From: Planctomycetota bacterium
GTDB taxonomy: Bacteria > Planctomycetota > GCA-002687715 > CAIWVZ01
Assembly: GCA_044222185.1 (NCBI GenBank)
Contig: JBGANV010000001.1
Coordinates: 1,056,001 to 1,120,000, forward strand
DNA: 64,000 nt
Reading direction: 5' to 3'
Shown here: piece after piece, positions 1 through 10,077 of the stretch
Position numbering within the stretch: the stretch's first letter is position 1
Layout of the letters: every line of letters begins with the position of its first letter
Made by a program: the position numbers and the translations under genes
Notes under the pieces: model-generated
Told to the model about the DNA's origin: nothing
Databases searched by the model: none
What the model saw: the letters and a program-made list of their open reading frames with translations, nothing else

Positions 1-494
1 CCGGCGTTTGGATGCGAAGTCTGAGGAGTCGCGAACGAGACCAATCGCGGCGCGCGCGCCCGACCAAAGACCGAGACGGGGCGACCACGATCTATCGGGT
101 CGCCGCCTGGCGTCGCGCCGTGGCCCCGGCCATCGAGATCTCCGCATCTCGGCGCAATGCGCGCACGGTCGTCTTGGCGTTCTGCGATGACTGGGTCGCA
201 GGTCACGGGTTCAGGACCGCGGTCGCACGAATCACCTACGGTGAACGAGGCGTCGCATCTTTCACGTGATCGCTTGATGAGTGACCGCACCGGACATCCC
301 GGTTTCTGCCACGAGCCGGCGCAGTGCTCGGATCGAGCGTCGCCGACTCCAGCGTCGGGCCCGCATGGCAGCGACCGAGCGGCTCGGCCGATCGACGGAG
401 CAGCGACGCCTCCGCGGGAGCCACGCGAGCCCGGGTCCGGCAGCGAGGACGCCCGCCCGGTCGCCGAAGTGCCTCTCCTCGAATGAGTGACGTA

Positions 495-3053
495 TCAGAA
501 CACCTTGATCGTCGCCGCCGTGCCGGTCGATCCCGACGGAGCCGACGAGCTGCCATTTCCTCGCAGCCCGCCGGCGCCGCCCGCGCCAGGGGTCCCGGGC
601 GTGAACGTGTTCCCACTCGAGGGGTCCGTCAGTGCGGGAGGTGCCGACGTACCGACGAGGACCACGCACCAGCTCCCGCCGCCGTGCGCGCCACCGCCAC
701 CGCCGCCACCCCCTCCTTGGCCGCCGGCTCCACCACTCCCACCGGGGCCCGACGAGCCATTCGCCGAGGCGCTGAACGTCCCACCGGATCCACCCGCTCC
801 GCCATTGCCGCCAGCTTGTCCGTCTCCCCCGTGACCGCCGTTCCCGCCCGACCCTGGCAGGAAGACGCAGCCCTGGAAGGTCGGCGACGCGTCGATGAGC
901 CACGCCGCAACCGACGGAGCACCCTGCGAGCCGCCCCCTCCACCCACTCCGCCCGACCCGCCCGCTCCACCGCCACCACCGCCGCCGCCCAGATCCACAC
1001 CGAGCAGCGCCGAACCGATGCAACCACCGCCGCCACCGCCGCCGCCGCCGCAGCCCTGGTTGCCGGTCGCGCCCGACGTCGCCACGGTCGCAACCCATCG
1101 ACCCGCGTTGTTGACGCTGCCGCCGCCGGGTGAATTCGTGGTCCCGTGGGCTCCCTGGAAACCCGTCGTGCCGGCACCGCCGACCGAACCGATCCCCGCG
1201 ATGGCACCGACCTGGTACGACGACCCGCCGGCCGCGCCATTGCCGCCGCAGCTCGTGGAACCGTCCTGGCCCGAGAGTCCCGGCTGCACGGAGATGTCCC
1301 AGCAGCTGCCCGCGCTGAAGTTCGTGCAGACTCCGTAGCCGCCGTCGCCGCCGTCGCCACCGTTCCCCGCACCGGCGCCGCCCGCGCGCCGCGTCTGCGG
1401 GAAGGACGGGACGTAGACGCCGCCCTGACCCGGAGCGCCGTTGGCGCCGTTGGGCGCGTGCGGCGTGGGCGGACCGGCCCCGTGTACCCCGACCGCGCCC
1501 GGCGCCGAATCGAACCGGCAGTCGTCGAACCGGAGCGCGGACGAGCAGTTCTTCACGTCGATGGAGATCGACGCCATGTCGTGATCCGACGCCGCGGCAC
1601 TCGCCGACAGGCCCGCGGACGCGCGGATGTCGAGGCCGGAGATCGTCGTCGGGTCCTGGATGTTGCGGAACGCCATTCCGCCGTGGTCGGGACGGATGAT
1701 CGTCTGGTTGTTCGTCAGGAGCCAGGTCGACGGGTTGTAACCCCCGCGGATCGCGATGGCGCCGTTGACCGTGACCGTCTCGTTGAACGTACCGGTGGAG
1801 AGCAGGATCGTCCTCCCCGGCACCGCCGCCGCGAGCGCCGCTGCGAGCGAGTTGAAGGGCGCGCCCTGCGAGCCGTCACCACCGGCCGCTGCATTCGGGT
1901 CGGCGTAGATCGCGTTCGCGTACCGCAGCACGTGGGCATCCGTCGTCGCGTACCCGTTGAGCGTGTTCGACGAGATGACGAGGCCCTGGGACCAGATGTC
2001 GAGCGCGAACCACGGCGGCAGAGTCCCGCCGTAGATCGCACCACTCGGCGGAAGCGGCGCGTGATCGACGATGATGAACGGCTGCGAGATGTCGATCTGG
2101 ACGTCGTCGAGCCCGGCCACCGCCGTGGGCGCGATCCCCGAGGGCTGAGCCTGGACGAGCCAGTAGAAGCTCTCGTTGACGAACGTTCCCGCAGGCGACA
2201 CGAAACGTGCGACGAGCGGATCGAAGCCGATCACGGCCTTGTTCTCGATCGAGTTCGGAATGACACCGCTGACGCCCGTCAGCTGGATGAAATCGGCGCC
2301 CGTGCCCGGGTGCTCGGAGCGGCAGACGACGCCATCGGTGAACGTCACGTTCCCGACCGCCGTCATCCCGTGCAGGCCCGTCGCATCCCCGAACGTCGCT
2401 GGCGCCGTCGCGCCCGGTTGACCGTTCGCGGGAAGCGCGAGTTCCAGATGGGGCACGTGACGGAGCGGGATCAGGTCGTCGCTCTGGATCTCGCCCTGGG
2501 TCCGGCGGATGCTCCAGATGCGCACCTCGTCGATCTTCCCGAGGTAGCCGTCGAGGACCGGCGTACCGGACGACCCGCCGATGCGGACCGCGGACGCGGA
2601 CTGGGTGAGCGTCCTCCCACCGAGACCACTCACGATTCCGACCTGGGCGCCGTCGACGAACAGCCGCAGGGTGCCCGACCCGTTGTGGAAGCTCACCGCG
2701 ACGTGATGGAACACGCCAGTCGAGTAGGTGACCCCCACCGCCGAGCTGACACTCACCGTTTGCGCGCCCGGGTCGAGCGTCGCGTCGAAGGTGTACGCAC
2801 CGGCCGCGTTGATCCGCAACGCGTACGACCCGCCCTTCTCGATGATCGCGTCGCTGGTCGAGGTTCCCGCCAGTGAAGGCGCGAGCCACGCCTCCAGCGT
2901 GAATTCAGTCGGGTTCTGAAGCAGCGGATGGGACGGCGTCGACAGACGCGAGTTGCCGTCGAAGCTGAATCCGCAGCCGGCGCTGGTGGATTGGGCGGCC
3001 ACGACGCCCGCCATGCCAAGGACTCCCAGGATCACCCACGTCGCTCGGTTCAT
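495..3053 (-). CDS. Secreted LamG/concanavalin-like domain protein with DUF1565-like/beta-helix region and Gly-rich C-terminus (paralog 1)
   Basis: Start MNRATWVILG (ATG 3053, GGAG upstream); signal peptide; LamG motifs FTLEAW, FHHVAV, LFVDG, IDEVRIWS; 'GDGSQGAPFNSLAAAL' motif; long GG repeats. Confidence 0.8.
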   Translation of the reverse strand: MNRATWVILGVLGMAGVVAAQSTSAGCGFSFDGNSRLSTPSHPLLQNPTEFTLEAWLAPSLAGTSTSDAIIEKGGSYALRINAAGAYTFDATLDPGAQTVSVSSAVGVTYSTGVFHHVAVSFHNGSGTLRLFVDGAQVGIVSGLGGRTLTQSASAVRIGGSSGTPVLDGYLGKIDEVRIWSIRRTQGEIQSDDLIPLRHVPHLELALPANGQPGATAPATFGDATGLHGMTAVGNVTFTDGVVCRSEHPGTGADFIQLTGVSGVIPNSIENKAVIGFDPLVARFVSPAGTFVNESFYWLVQAQPSGIAPTAVAGLDDVQIDISQPFIIVDHAPLPPSGAIYGGTLPPWFALDIWSQGLVISSNTLNGYATTDAHVLRYANAIYADPNAAAGGDGSQGAPFNSLAAALAAAVPGRTILLSTGTFNETVTVNGAIAIRGGYNPSTWLLTNNQTIIRPDHGGMAFRNIQDPTTISGLDIRASAGLSASAAASDHDMASISIDVKNCSSALRFDDCRFDSAPGAVGVHGAGPPTPHAPNGANGAPGQGGVYVPSFPQTRRAGGAGAGNGGDGGDGGYGVCTNFSAGSCWDISVQPGLSGQDGSTSCGGNGAAGGSSYQVGAIAGIGSVGGAGTTGFQGAHGTTNSPGGGSVNNAGRWVATVATSGATGNQGCGGGGGGGGGCIGSALLGVDLGGGGGGGGAGGSGGVGGGGGSQGAPSVAAWLIDASPTFQGCVFLPGSGGNGGHGGDGQAGGNGGAGGSGGTFSASANGSSGPGGSGGAGGQGGGGGGGGGAHGGGSWCVVLVGTSAPPALTDPSSGNTFTPGTPGAGGAGGLRGNGSSSAPSGSTGTAATIKVF

Positions 3054-3168
3054 CGCACCACTCCGTCGAATCGTTGATGGACTGCGGCCGAAAACCGGAC
3101 CGCTACTTCGTCGTAGAGCCGACGGGCGGCGGCGTGACGACGCCACCGCCCAAATCCCGCCCCGCACG

Positions 3169-5715
3169 TCAGAGGGACATGACCGTCAGGGCCAGGCCGG
3201 TCAGTCCTGCCGGTGCAAACGTGTTGTTGTCCCCGTGGCGGCCGCCGGCGCCGCCGTTCCCAGGCGTGCCGAGCGTGAGCGTGTTCCCGCTGGCGTTCGA
3301 CGTGAGCGCGGGCGGTGCGCTCGACCCGACCAGCACGATGCACCACGTGGCGCCACCGTGACCCCCCGCGCCGCCGCCACCGTCTCCGCCGCGACCACCG
3401 GCGCCGCCGTGGCCGCCAGAACCCGACAGGCCGTTGACGGTCAGGCACCCGGCACCCCCGGCGCCGCCTGACGCGCCGTTGCCGCCTGCCTGACCGTCGC
3501 CGCCATGCCCGCCGTTGCCGCCGCCACCGGCCTTGAACTCACAGGCGGTGAACACCGGCGACGCGTCGACGAGCCACGCCGCGACGGACGGCGCGCCCTG
3601 CATCCCGCCGCCGCCTCCCTGGCCACCATGGCCACCCCCGCCACCGCCGCCACCGCCGCCACCACGGTTGACGCCGAACGTGGCCGAACCGATGCACCCT
3701 CCACCGCCTCCACCACTGCCGCCGCAGCCGCCGGGCCCGTTCCCGCCGTCGCCCGAGTAGCCTGCGTGCCAGTGGCCGCCCGAATCCGCCGTGCCTCCGT
3801 TCGTCGCGCTTGGAATCCCGTGGCTCGCCGGGGCCGAATCGGGCGCGTCCAATCCCGGGTAACCACTGTCGGGATAGAACCCGCCGGCGCCACCCGGCAC
3901 GGTGTTGTTGCACGTGGACCAACCGGCTTGTCCCGGTGCCGCGAGCATCGACACGCAGCTGCCACCGATGTTGCCGCTGCAGGAGCCGTACCCGCCCGTG
4001 CCACCCTGGCCACCGGGACCGCCGCCTTGCCCGCCCTGCCCGCCCTGCATGGCGGACATTGGGAACGAGCCCGCGTACAGGCCGTCCTGGCCGTTGCTAC
4101 CGCTCACCCCGTTCGGCGCGTGCTGTGACGGGGCGTCGACGCCATGCGCGCCGTTCGCGCCGGCCGCGGAATCAAAGCGGCAATTGGTGAACTCCAACGC
4201 CGACGAGCAGTTCTTCACGTCGAGCGCGATCGACGCCATGTCGCGGTCCGAAGATGCGGCGCTTGCGGACAGTCCCGCCGCCGACCGGATGTCGATGCCG
4301 GAAACACGCGTCGTGGCCTGAATGTCGCGGAACGCCATGCCTCTCTGATCCGGGCGGATGATCGTTCGCGTGTTGGTCTCGAGCCACGTCGTCGCGTTGT
4401 ACCCTCCGCGAATGTTGGTCTCCCCGTTCACGGTGACCGACTCGTTGAACGTGCCCGTCGACAAGATCACCGTGCGGCCCGGCCCTGCGGCCTGGATCGC
4501 CGCGGCGAGCGTGTTGAACGGAGCCCCTGGCGTCCCGTCACCGCCAGCCGGAGCACTGGGACTGGCGTAGACGGCGTCGAGATAGTGCAGCACGTGCGCA
4601 TCGGTCGTCGCGAACCCCGAGAGCGTGTCGTTCGAGATGACGAGACCCTGTGACCAGATGTCGAGACTGAACCAGGGCGGCAGACTGGCAGCATAGGTCA
4701 GGCCGGCCGCCGGGAGCGGGCGACTGTCGATGATGATGAACGGCTGCCCCAGATCGATCTGGACGTCGTCGAAGTTCGGGAACGAAGCCGGCACCGTACC
4801 CGACCCCAGCACTTGCAGGAGCCAGTAGAACGGCGCGTTCGAGAACGTGCCTGCCGGAGACTCGAAGCGCGCGCCGAACGAGAGGTGCCCGAACACGTCC
4901 TTGTTTCCGACGAGGTTGAGCGGATTCCCATCGATCGCGGTGAACTGGACGAAGTCGGCGCCCGTGCCCGGATGGCTCGCGGCACAAACGACTCCCACGC
5001 CGACGAGGATCACACCCGTCGTCGTCACGCCGTGTCCCCCGGTCGCATCGACGAGCGACGCGGGAACCGTCGCGCCCTGCGGACCGTTGCACGGGAGGAC
5101 GAATTCGAGCGACGGCACCCGCCGCAGCGCCATGGGCCGATCGGAGACGATCTGGTTCTGGGTCCTGGCGACGCTCCACAGGCGGAGTTCGTCCAGCTTC
5201 CCCGAGAAGCCATTGGCGACGGGGGTTCCCCCCTGTCCGCCGATGCGGACCTGCGATGACGACTGCGTCAGCGTCTTTCCCGTGAGGCCCGTGACGGAGC
5301 CAACCTGCGTGCCGTCGATGAGCATCTGGAGAGCGCCAGACGGGCCGTGGAACGTCACGGCGACGTGATGGAAGACCCCGGTCGAGTAATTCACTCCGAC
5401 TGCCGACGTCACGGTGTAGACGAGCGCGCCCGGGTCCAGGGTCGCCTCGAAGACGTAGGCGCCGCTGGGGGTCAGTCGGAGGGTGTACGAGCCCGCCTTC
5501 TCGACGATGAAGTCGTTCGACGTCGTGCCTGCGGCCGCCGGGGCGATCCAGGCCTCCACCGTGAACTCCGACGGGTTCTGCAGTGTGGGCGTCGACGGGG
5601 TCGACAGCCGTGCCAGTCCGTTGAACGCGAACCCGCACCCCGCGCTCGTCGTCTGGGCGCTGGCGGCCGTGCCGATTGCGAGAATTCCGAGGACGAACCA
5701 ACCAGATCGCTTCAT
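3169..5715 (-). CDS. Secreted LamG/Gly-rich protein (paralog 2, tandem duplicate)
   Basis: Colinear and clearly similar to 495-3053 over its whole length. Confidence 0.8.
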   Translation of the reverse strand: MKRSGWFVLGILAIGTAASAQTTSAGCGFAFNGLARLSTPSTPTLQNPSEFTVEAWIAPAAAGTTSNDFIVEKAGSYTLRLTPSGAYVFEATLDPGALVYTVTSAVGVNYSTGVFHHVAVTFHGPSGALQMLIDGTQVGSVTGLTGKTLTQSSSQVRIGGQGGTPVANGFSGKLDELRLWSVARTQNQIVSDRPMALRRVPSLEFVLPCNGPQGATVPASLVDATGGHGVTTTGVILVGVGVVCAASHPGTGADFVQFTAIDGNPLNLVGNKDVFGHLSFGARFESPAGTFSNAPFYWLLQVLGSGTVPASFPNFDDVQIDLGQPFIIIDSRPLPAAGLTYAASLPPWFSLDIWSQGLVISNDTLSGFATTDAHVLHYLDAVYASPSAPAGGDGTPGAPFNTLAAAIQAAGPGRTVILSTGTFNESVTVNGETNIRGGYNATTWLETNTRTIIRPDQRGMAFRDIQATTRVSGIDIRSAAGLSASAASSDRDMASIALDVKNCSSALEFTNCRFDSAAGANGAHGVDAPSQHAPNGVSGSNGQDGLYAGSFPMSAMQGGQGGQGGGPGGQGGTGGYGSCSGNIGGSCVSMLAAPGQAGWSTCNNTVPGGAGGFYPDSGYPGLDAPDSAPASHGIPSATNGGTADSGGHWHAGYSGDGGNGPGGCGGSGGGGGGCIGSATFGVNRGGGGGGGGGGGHGGQGGGGGMQGAPSVAAWLVDASPVFTACEFKAGGGGNGGHGGDGQAGGNGASGGAGGAGCLTVNGLSGSGGHGGAGGRGGDGGGGAGGHGGATWCIVLVGSSAPPALTSNASGNTLTLGTPGNGGAGGRHGDNNTFAPAGLTGLALTVMSL

Positions 5716-5937
5716 CGAACGACTCCCGGGGCAAAGGGTGGATTAGGGGCCGGACCTCCGACCGCCATGGCCCCGTAGAGGTGGGGACCCGGGCCGTGAC
5801 ACGGGAATCCAGGGATCGCGTCGCCGACGCCACGCCGATCGGCCCGAGGCCGCCGTTTCCAGCGCCCCGTCGCCGGCGTCCGACCATGGGCTCCGGGCCG
5901 ATCCGCTCATCTGTCATCCCGCTGTATCCTGTCCCCC

Positions 5938-6585
5938 ATGGCTCCCCCTCCCAGCCCGGCGGATGACGCCGCCGTTTCGATCGCCATCCGGCTCGCCGCC
6001 CGCGGCGATGCGCGGTCGATCGAGACGATCGTCGCGCGATTCTCACCCGCGCTGCACATGCAGGCGCGGCATCGCCTGACGGCAGCGCTGCGGCGTCACG
6101 TCGACCCGACCGACATCGTGAACGACGTGTGGTTGGCCACCCTGCGGCGCCTCCCGCAGTTCGAGCCGGACAAGGGGCGCGCCGTCCCCACGCTCCTCGC
6201 CTACCTGGGCACCGCCGTCCTTCGCCGCGTGTACGAGCTCCACTGCAAACACTTCGGCGGCAAGCCTCCGATCCTCCCCGCGCATGCCGATTCGGGCTCG
6301 GGGGCACCGGGTCCGCTCGCCGACCTGTCCGCGGACACGACCGGAGTCGTCACCAAGGCCGTTCGCGCCGAACGGTTCGAGACGCTCCACCGAGCCTGCG
6401 ACGAACTGGATCCCGTCGACCGCGCGGTGGTCGTCCTGCGAGCGATCGAGCAACAGCCGAACGAGGTCGTCGCCAGCGTCACCGGTTTGACGCCGAATGC
6501 GATTTCACAGCGCCTGCGCCGGGGAATGGCCAAGCTCCGCGAACGACTGCCCGATTCGATCTTCGACGACCTGGATGACGAGTAG
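5938..6585 (+). CDS. ECF-type sigma-70 factor
   Basis: Region 2 'DPTDIVNDVWL' and region 4 HTH 'EVVASVTGLTPNAISQRLRRG'. Confidence 0.9.
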   Translation: MAPPPSPADDAAVSIAIRLAARGDARSIETIVARFSPALHMQARHRLTAALRRHVDPTDIVNDVWLATLRRLPQFEPDKGRAVPTLLAYLGTAVLRRVYELHCKHFGGKPPILPAHADSGSGAPGPLADLSADTTGVVTKAVRAERFETLHRACDELDPVDRAVVVLRAIEQQPNEVVASVTGLTPNAISQRLRRGMAKLRERLPDSIFDDLDDE

Positions 6586-6594
6586 AGCGCGCGG

Positions 6595-9135
6595 TTACGG
6601 CTCGCGGCTCTCGGGGCTCGCTTCGTCGACGAGTTTCTGGACCTCGGCGAAGTCCTTGGCGAACCCATCGGGGATTCCCCCGGAGCCTGCGATCGCCTCG
6701 GCGATGTCGAGGAACTCCGCGGCTGCGGACCTCTCGCCGTGCTCGACCCAGAACCTGGCGACCTCGATGATCGACTCGAGGGTTGCCGGCACGCGCGCCA
6801 GGGCCGCCGCGTAGAGATCCTGCCCTTCTTTGCGGCGCCCCTGCATCACAAGCGCCTTCGCGAGGACCCACTTCGCTTCGATCATGTTCGGGTCGAGTTC
6901 CACGGCGCGGCGCGCTTGCGCCTCGGCGCCCACGTGGTCGCGGTCACCGATGAGGAGTTCCGCCATCTCGTGGTGGGCCACCGCGTGCTGCGGCTCGGCC
7001 GCCAGCGCGGCGAGAAGTTCACGCCGGGCGCCTTCGCGATCCCGCATCATGGTCAGCATGTGGGCATGGACGATGTGCATGTCGGCGAGGTCGGGTCGAA
7101 GCTCGCTCGCGCGCCGGGCTGCGGCGAGCGCCGCGGGAACGTCCTTCCTCTTCGCCTCCAGGAGCGCGAGGTTCAGGAACGCCGTGGCGTCGTCGGGCCG
7201 ACGTTGCGTCAGGTGGCGCGTGACGCGCGCGGCCTCGTCGATCTTGCCCTCGTTCGCGAACGTCACCGAGACTCCGTATTCGAAGATGAACTCGGGGTTG
7301 AGCTTGGCGGCTCGTTCGAAGGCGTTGATCGCGGCCTCGGGCTCGACCGACACCAGCGCGTAGCCCTCGGCAGCGTCCGCGGCCCATCCCGTCAGGATCG
7401 AATGCGCCGACGCGGCAGCCCACCGAGCCGGGAGGTCGAGCCGAGCCAGGCCCACGGCCTCGCAGAAGGCGCGGTGGTACATGCGACGGAGGCGCGGCGC
7501 CCGTTCCTTCGCCGCCCACAGCCAGCCGACGGCACGCTCGAACGCGCCGCGCACCCCGGTGTTCCCCGCGTTGATCTCGCGCAGGCCCTCGACGAAGCAC
7601 GCCACGTGGTCCTCCGCGGGCGGCAGGCCCGCGACGATCGCCGCAGCCTCGTCGATCCGGCCGAGACGACGCATGGCATCGGCACGCAAGCGGTCGATGA
7701 TCGGCGACGCACCCTGTGCCGCGCGGAATCCATCCAGCGACGCGAGTGCCCGTCTCGGGTCGTTGAGCCCCAGGTGGACGAGCGCCACCCCGGCCGCAGC
7801 CTCCGTCGAACCAGGAGAGATCCGCGCGGCCTCGGCGAATGCCGTGAGCGACCTCTTCCGGTCGTCGCCGCTCAGCCCGTTGAACCCGAGTTCGAGCCAC
7901 CGCTCGACCTCGTCGTGTTTTTGCGCATCACGTTGGGCGTCGACCAGTGGGCGGTTGGCGATGAACCACCCGGCGAACCCACCGAGCGTCGGCGTTCCGA
8001 TCACGAAGACGAGAAGCAGCGCCGCGATGGCGGGTCGCCGTCGTGCAAACCGCAGGATGCGCCCTGGCCACGGGATCGGCCGTGCCTGGATCGGCTCGTA
8101 CAAGCGCACGCGCCGCAAGTCCTCGGCCAGGAGGAGTGCCGTCGCGTATCGGTCCGCGGGCGCCTTGGCGAGGGCGGTCTCGATCACCGTCTTCAAGTCC
8201 GCCGAAACGCGAGCGTTGAGGCGTCGTGCATCAGGCGGCGGCGCCATGCGAACGGCATCGAGAAGTGCCGTGCGCGAGGGTCCCTGATACGGCCGGCTCC
8301 CGGTGACGCCCTCGAAGAGAATCGCTCCGAGCGCGTGAACGTCCGAGCGTCGATCCACGGCTCGAACGTCGCCCGCCGCCTGCTCCGGTGACATGTAATG
8401 AGGAGTGCCCAACACGTCGCCGGACATCGTCAGCTCGATACCTTCGTCGCTCGCCGTGCGCGCGAGCCCGAAGTCGAGGATCACCGGGTGGTCGTCGGCG
8501 GAAACCATGATGTTCGCCGGCTTCAGGTCGCGGTGGATGACTCCGGCTTCGTGCGCAGCGTGCACGGCGCGCGCCGCGGACTCGATGAGTGCGACGAGAG
8601 CGGCGATGGCGGGGCCGTCGGGCGTTCCCGTCCTCTCGGCGAGGCGCGCCGCAAGGGTCTGGCCTTCCACGTAGCGCATGGCGAAATACGGAAGCCCGTT
8701 GACGCTGCCCTCCTCGTACACCGAGCAGATTCCCGGGTGATCGAGTGAGGCCAGGACGCGCGCCTCCTGCCCCAATCGCAGGAGCACGGACGCCGACGCA
8801 CCGAAGCCGGCGCTGAGGGTCTTCAACGCGACCCGCCGTCCGAGACGCTCGTCGATGGCGAGGTAGACCGCGCCCTGTCCCCCACGGCCGAGTTCGCGTT
8901 CGAGGCGGTACGGACCGATGCGGCCTGGGGACGTCGGCGGTTGCTCGCCGGCCTCAGCCGCCACCCGCGTCGTCATCCGGCCGAATTCCCGGGCGATGAC
9001 GTGCTCGAACCCAGGATAGGCGGCCTGGTACTCGGCGAGCTTCCGCGGCGCGCCGCAGGCCTGGTCCGCCTCATACCGCTCGCAGAAATCGACCATGACG
9101 GCCAGCTCGGCGGACTCCAGGTTCATCGGGCGCAT
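6595..9135 (-). CDS. Hanks-type Ser/Thr protein kinase with TM helix and TPR repeats
   Basis: LGRGGQGAVY, VALK, HRDLKPAN, DFGLA, GTPHYMSPEQ; TM segment; C-terminal TPR-like helices; start at 9135 or 9126 uncertain. Confidence 0.92.
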   Translation of the reverse strand: MRPMNLESAELAVMVDFCERYEADQACGAPRKLAEYQAAYPGFEHVIAREFGRMTTRVAAEAGEQPPTSPGRIGPYRLERELGRGGQGAVYLAIDERLGRRVALKTLSAGFGASASVLLRLGQEARVLASLDHPGICSVYEEGSVNGLPYFAMRYVEGQTLAARLAERTGTPDGPAIAALVALIESAARAVHAAHEAGVIHRDLKPANIMVSADDHPVILDFGLARTASDEGIELTMSGDVLGTPHYMSPEQAAGDVRAVDRRSDVHALGAILFEGVTGSRPYQGPSRTALLDAVRMAPPPDARRLNARVSADLKTVIETALAKAPADRYATALLLAEDLRRVRLYEPIQARPIPWPGRILRFARRRPAIAALLLVFVIGTPTLGGFAGWFIANRPLVDAQRDAQKHDEVERWLELGFNGLSGDDRKRSLTAFAEAARISPGSTEAAAGVALVHLGLNDPRRALASLDGFRAAQGASPIIDRLRADAMRRLGRIDEAAAIVAGLPPAEDHVACFVEGLREINAGNTGVRGAFERAVGWLWAAKERAPRLRRMYHRAFCEAVGLARLDLPARWAAASAHSILTGWAADAAEGYALVSVEPEAAINAFERAAKLNPEFIFEYGVSVTFANEGKIDEAARVTRHLTQRRPDDATAFLNLALLEAKRKDVPAALAAARRASELRPDLADMHIVHAHMLTMMRDREGARRELLAALAAEPQHAVAHHEMAELLIGDRDHVGAEAQARRAVELDPNMIEAKWVLAKALVMQGRRKEGQDLYAAALARVPATLESIIEVARFWVEHGERSAAAEFLDIAEAIAGSGGIPDGFAKDFAEVQKLVDEASPESREP

Positions 9136-9623
9136 GGTACTCCGGCCTGCGGCCGTCTCGTCGCGTGAGGTGAATTCGCTCTCGGGTCCCCTCACTCCCC
9201 GTAGAGCCGAGTCGTGCCGGCGTGACGGAGCGTGAGTCGGGCCCACGGCAGCCGTCGGTGCGAGTCGGCCGGACGGCGTTTCGACGAACGTCGCGCGCGG
9301 AAGGACCGTCGACGTCCACGGACGTCGCGGCGCGGCGCCCGAGGAAGGTGTTGCGTATCGAAGCGCACCACCCGCCCGTTTCCGAGTTCCCTGGTCCCGC
9401 CGACCTGGGCCGAACGACCGTGCCCGGCGTCCAGCGTCCGCATGGGTCGAGGGCGGACCGACCGAAGGAGGCGGCGCCGCTCGTGGTGGCGGCGAACGCG
9501 CACGTCCGCGAGTGCCGCCGAATCGGTGACGATGACGGGGTCCTGGCAGTGGTCCGCTGGCGCGCACCCACTTCCATCACCGGGGTGCGCAAGACTCGCC
9601 CCGCGAACTGCGAGACGCGGAAG

Positions 9624-9697
9624 CGCGCCAGGCGGGAATCGAACCCACAACCGTCGGATTAGAAATCCGATGCTCTATCCAGTTGAGCTACTGGCGC
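9624..9697 (-). tRNA. tRNA-Arg(TCT)
   Basis: GCGCCAG acceptor stem, anticodon loop TTTCTAA, GTTCGATTC T-arm; CCA not encoded. Confidence 0.95.
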
Positions 9698-9834
9698 GTT
9701 GACGGCGGATCGTATCAGGATCGCGTCACTCGACCGCGCGCGCACGATGCGCGGCCAGCGGCGCCGCCCGAGACCTCCCCCTCGTGGCTGACGCGGGCTG
9801 CGCGTCGGCCCGGCGCTTCGATCCCCTCTCCAGA

Positions 9835-9907
9835 TGCCCTCGTCGCGACTCGAACGCGAAAATCCGGCTTCGGAGGCCAGTGGTTTATCCAATTAGCCTA
9901 CGAGGGC
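9835..9907 (-). tRNA. tRNA-Arg(CCG)
   Basis: GCCCTCG/CGAGGGC acceptor stem, anticodon loop CTCCGAA, TTCGAGT T-loop; one D-stem mismatch. Confidence 0.88.
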
Positions 9908-10077
9908 AAAGTCGGTGGCATGCTATGACCGCGGTCGCGAACGTCAAGCTCCGCCGTGCAGGTTGGTGCCGAGAAGTGGCCACGCAGCAGTCAACGGGCC
10001 GGTGCGATCCGACCCCGGGACGCGCGTCGGACAGCACCCGCCGCCCGAAGCCTTCCCTCGAAGAAGGAAGATCTCCC

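Noticed and set aside
1-490. Short ORFs at the window start
   Set aside because: No recognisable motif; possibly the end of a gene outside the window
600-4130. Repeat arrays and Pro-rich plus-strand ORFs
   Set aside because: They are the antisense shadow of Gly-rich coding sequence, not CRISPR or real genes
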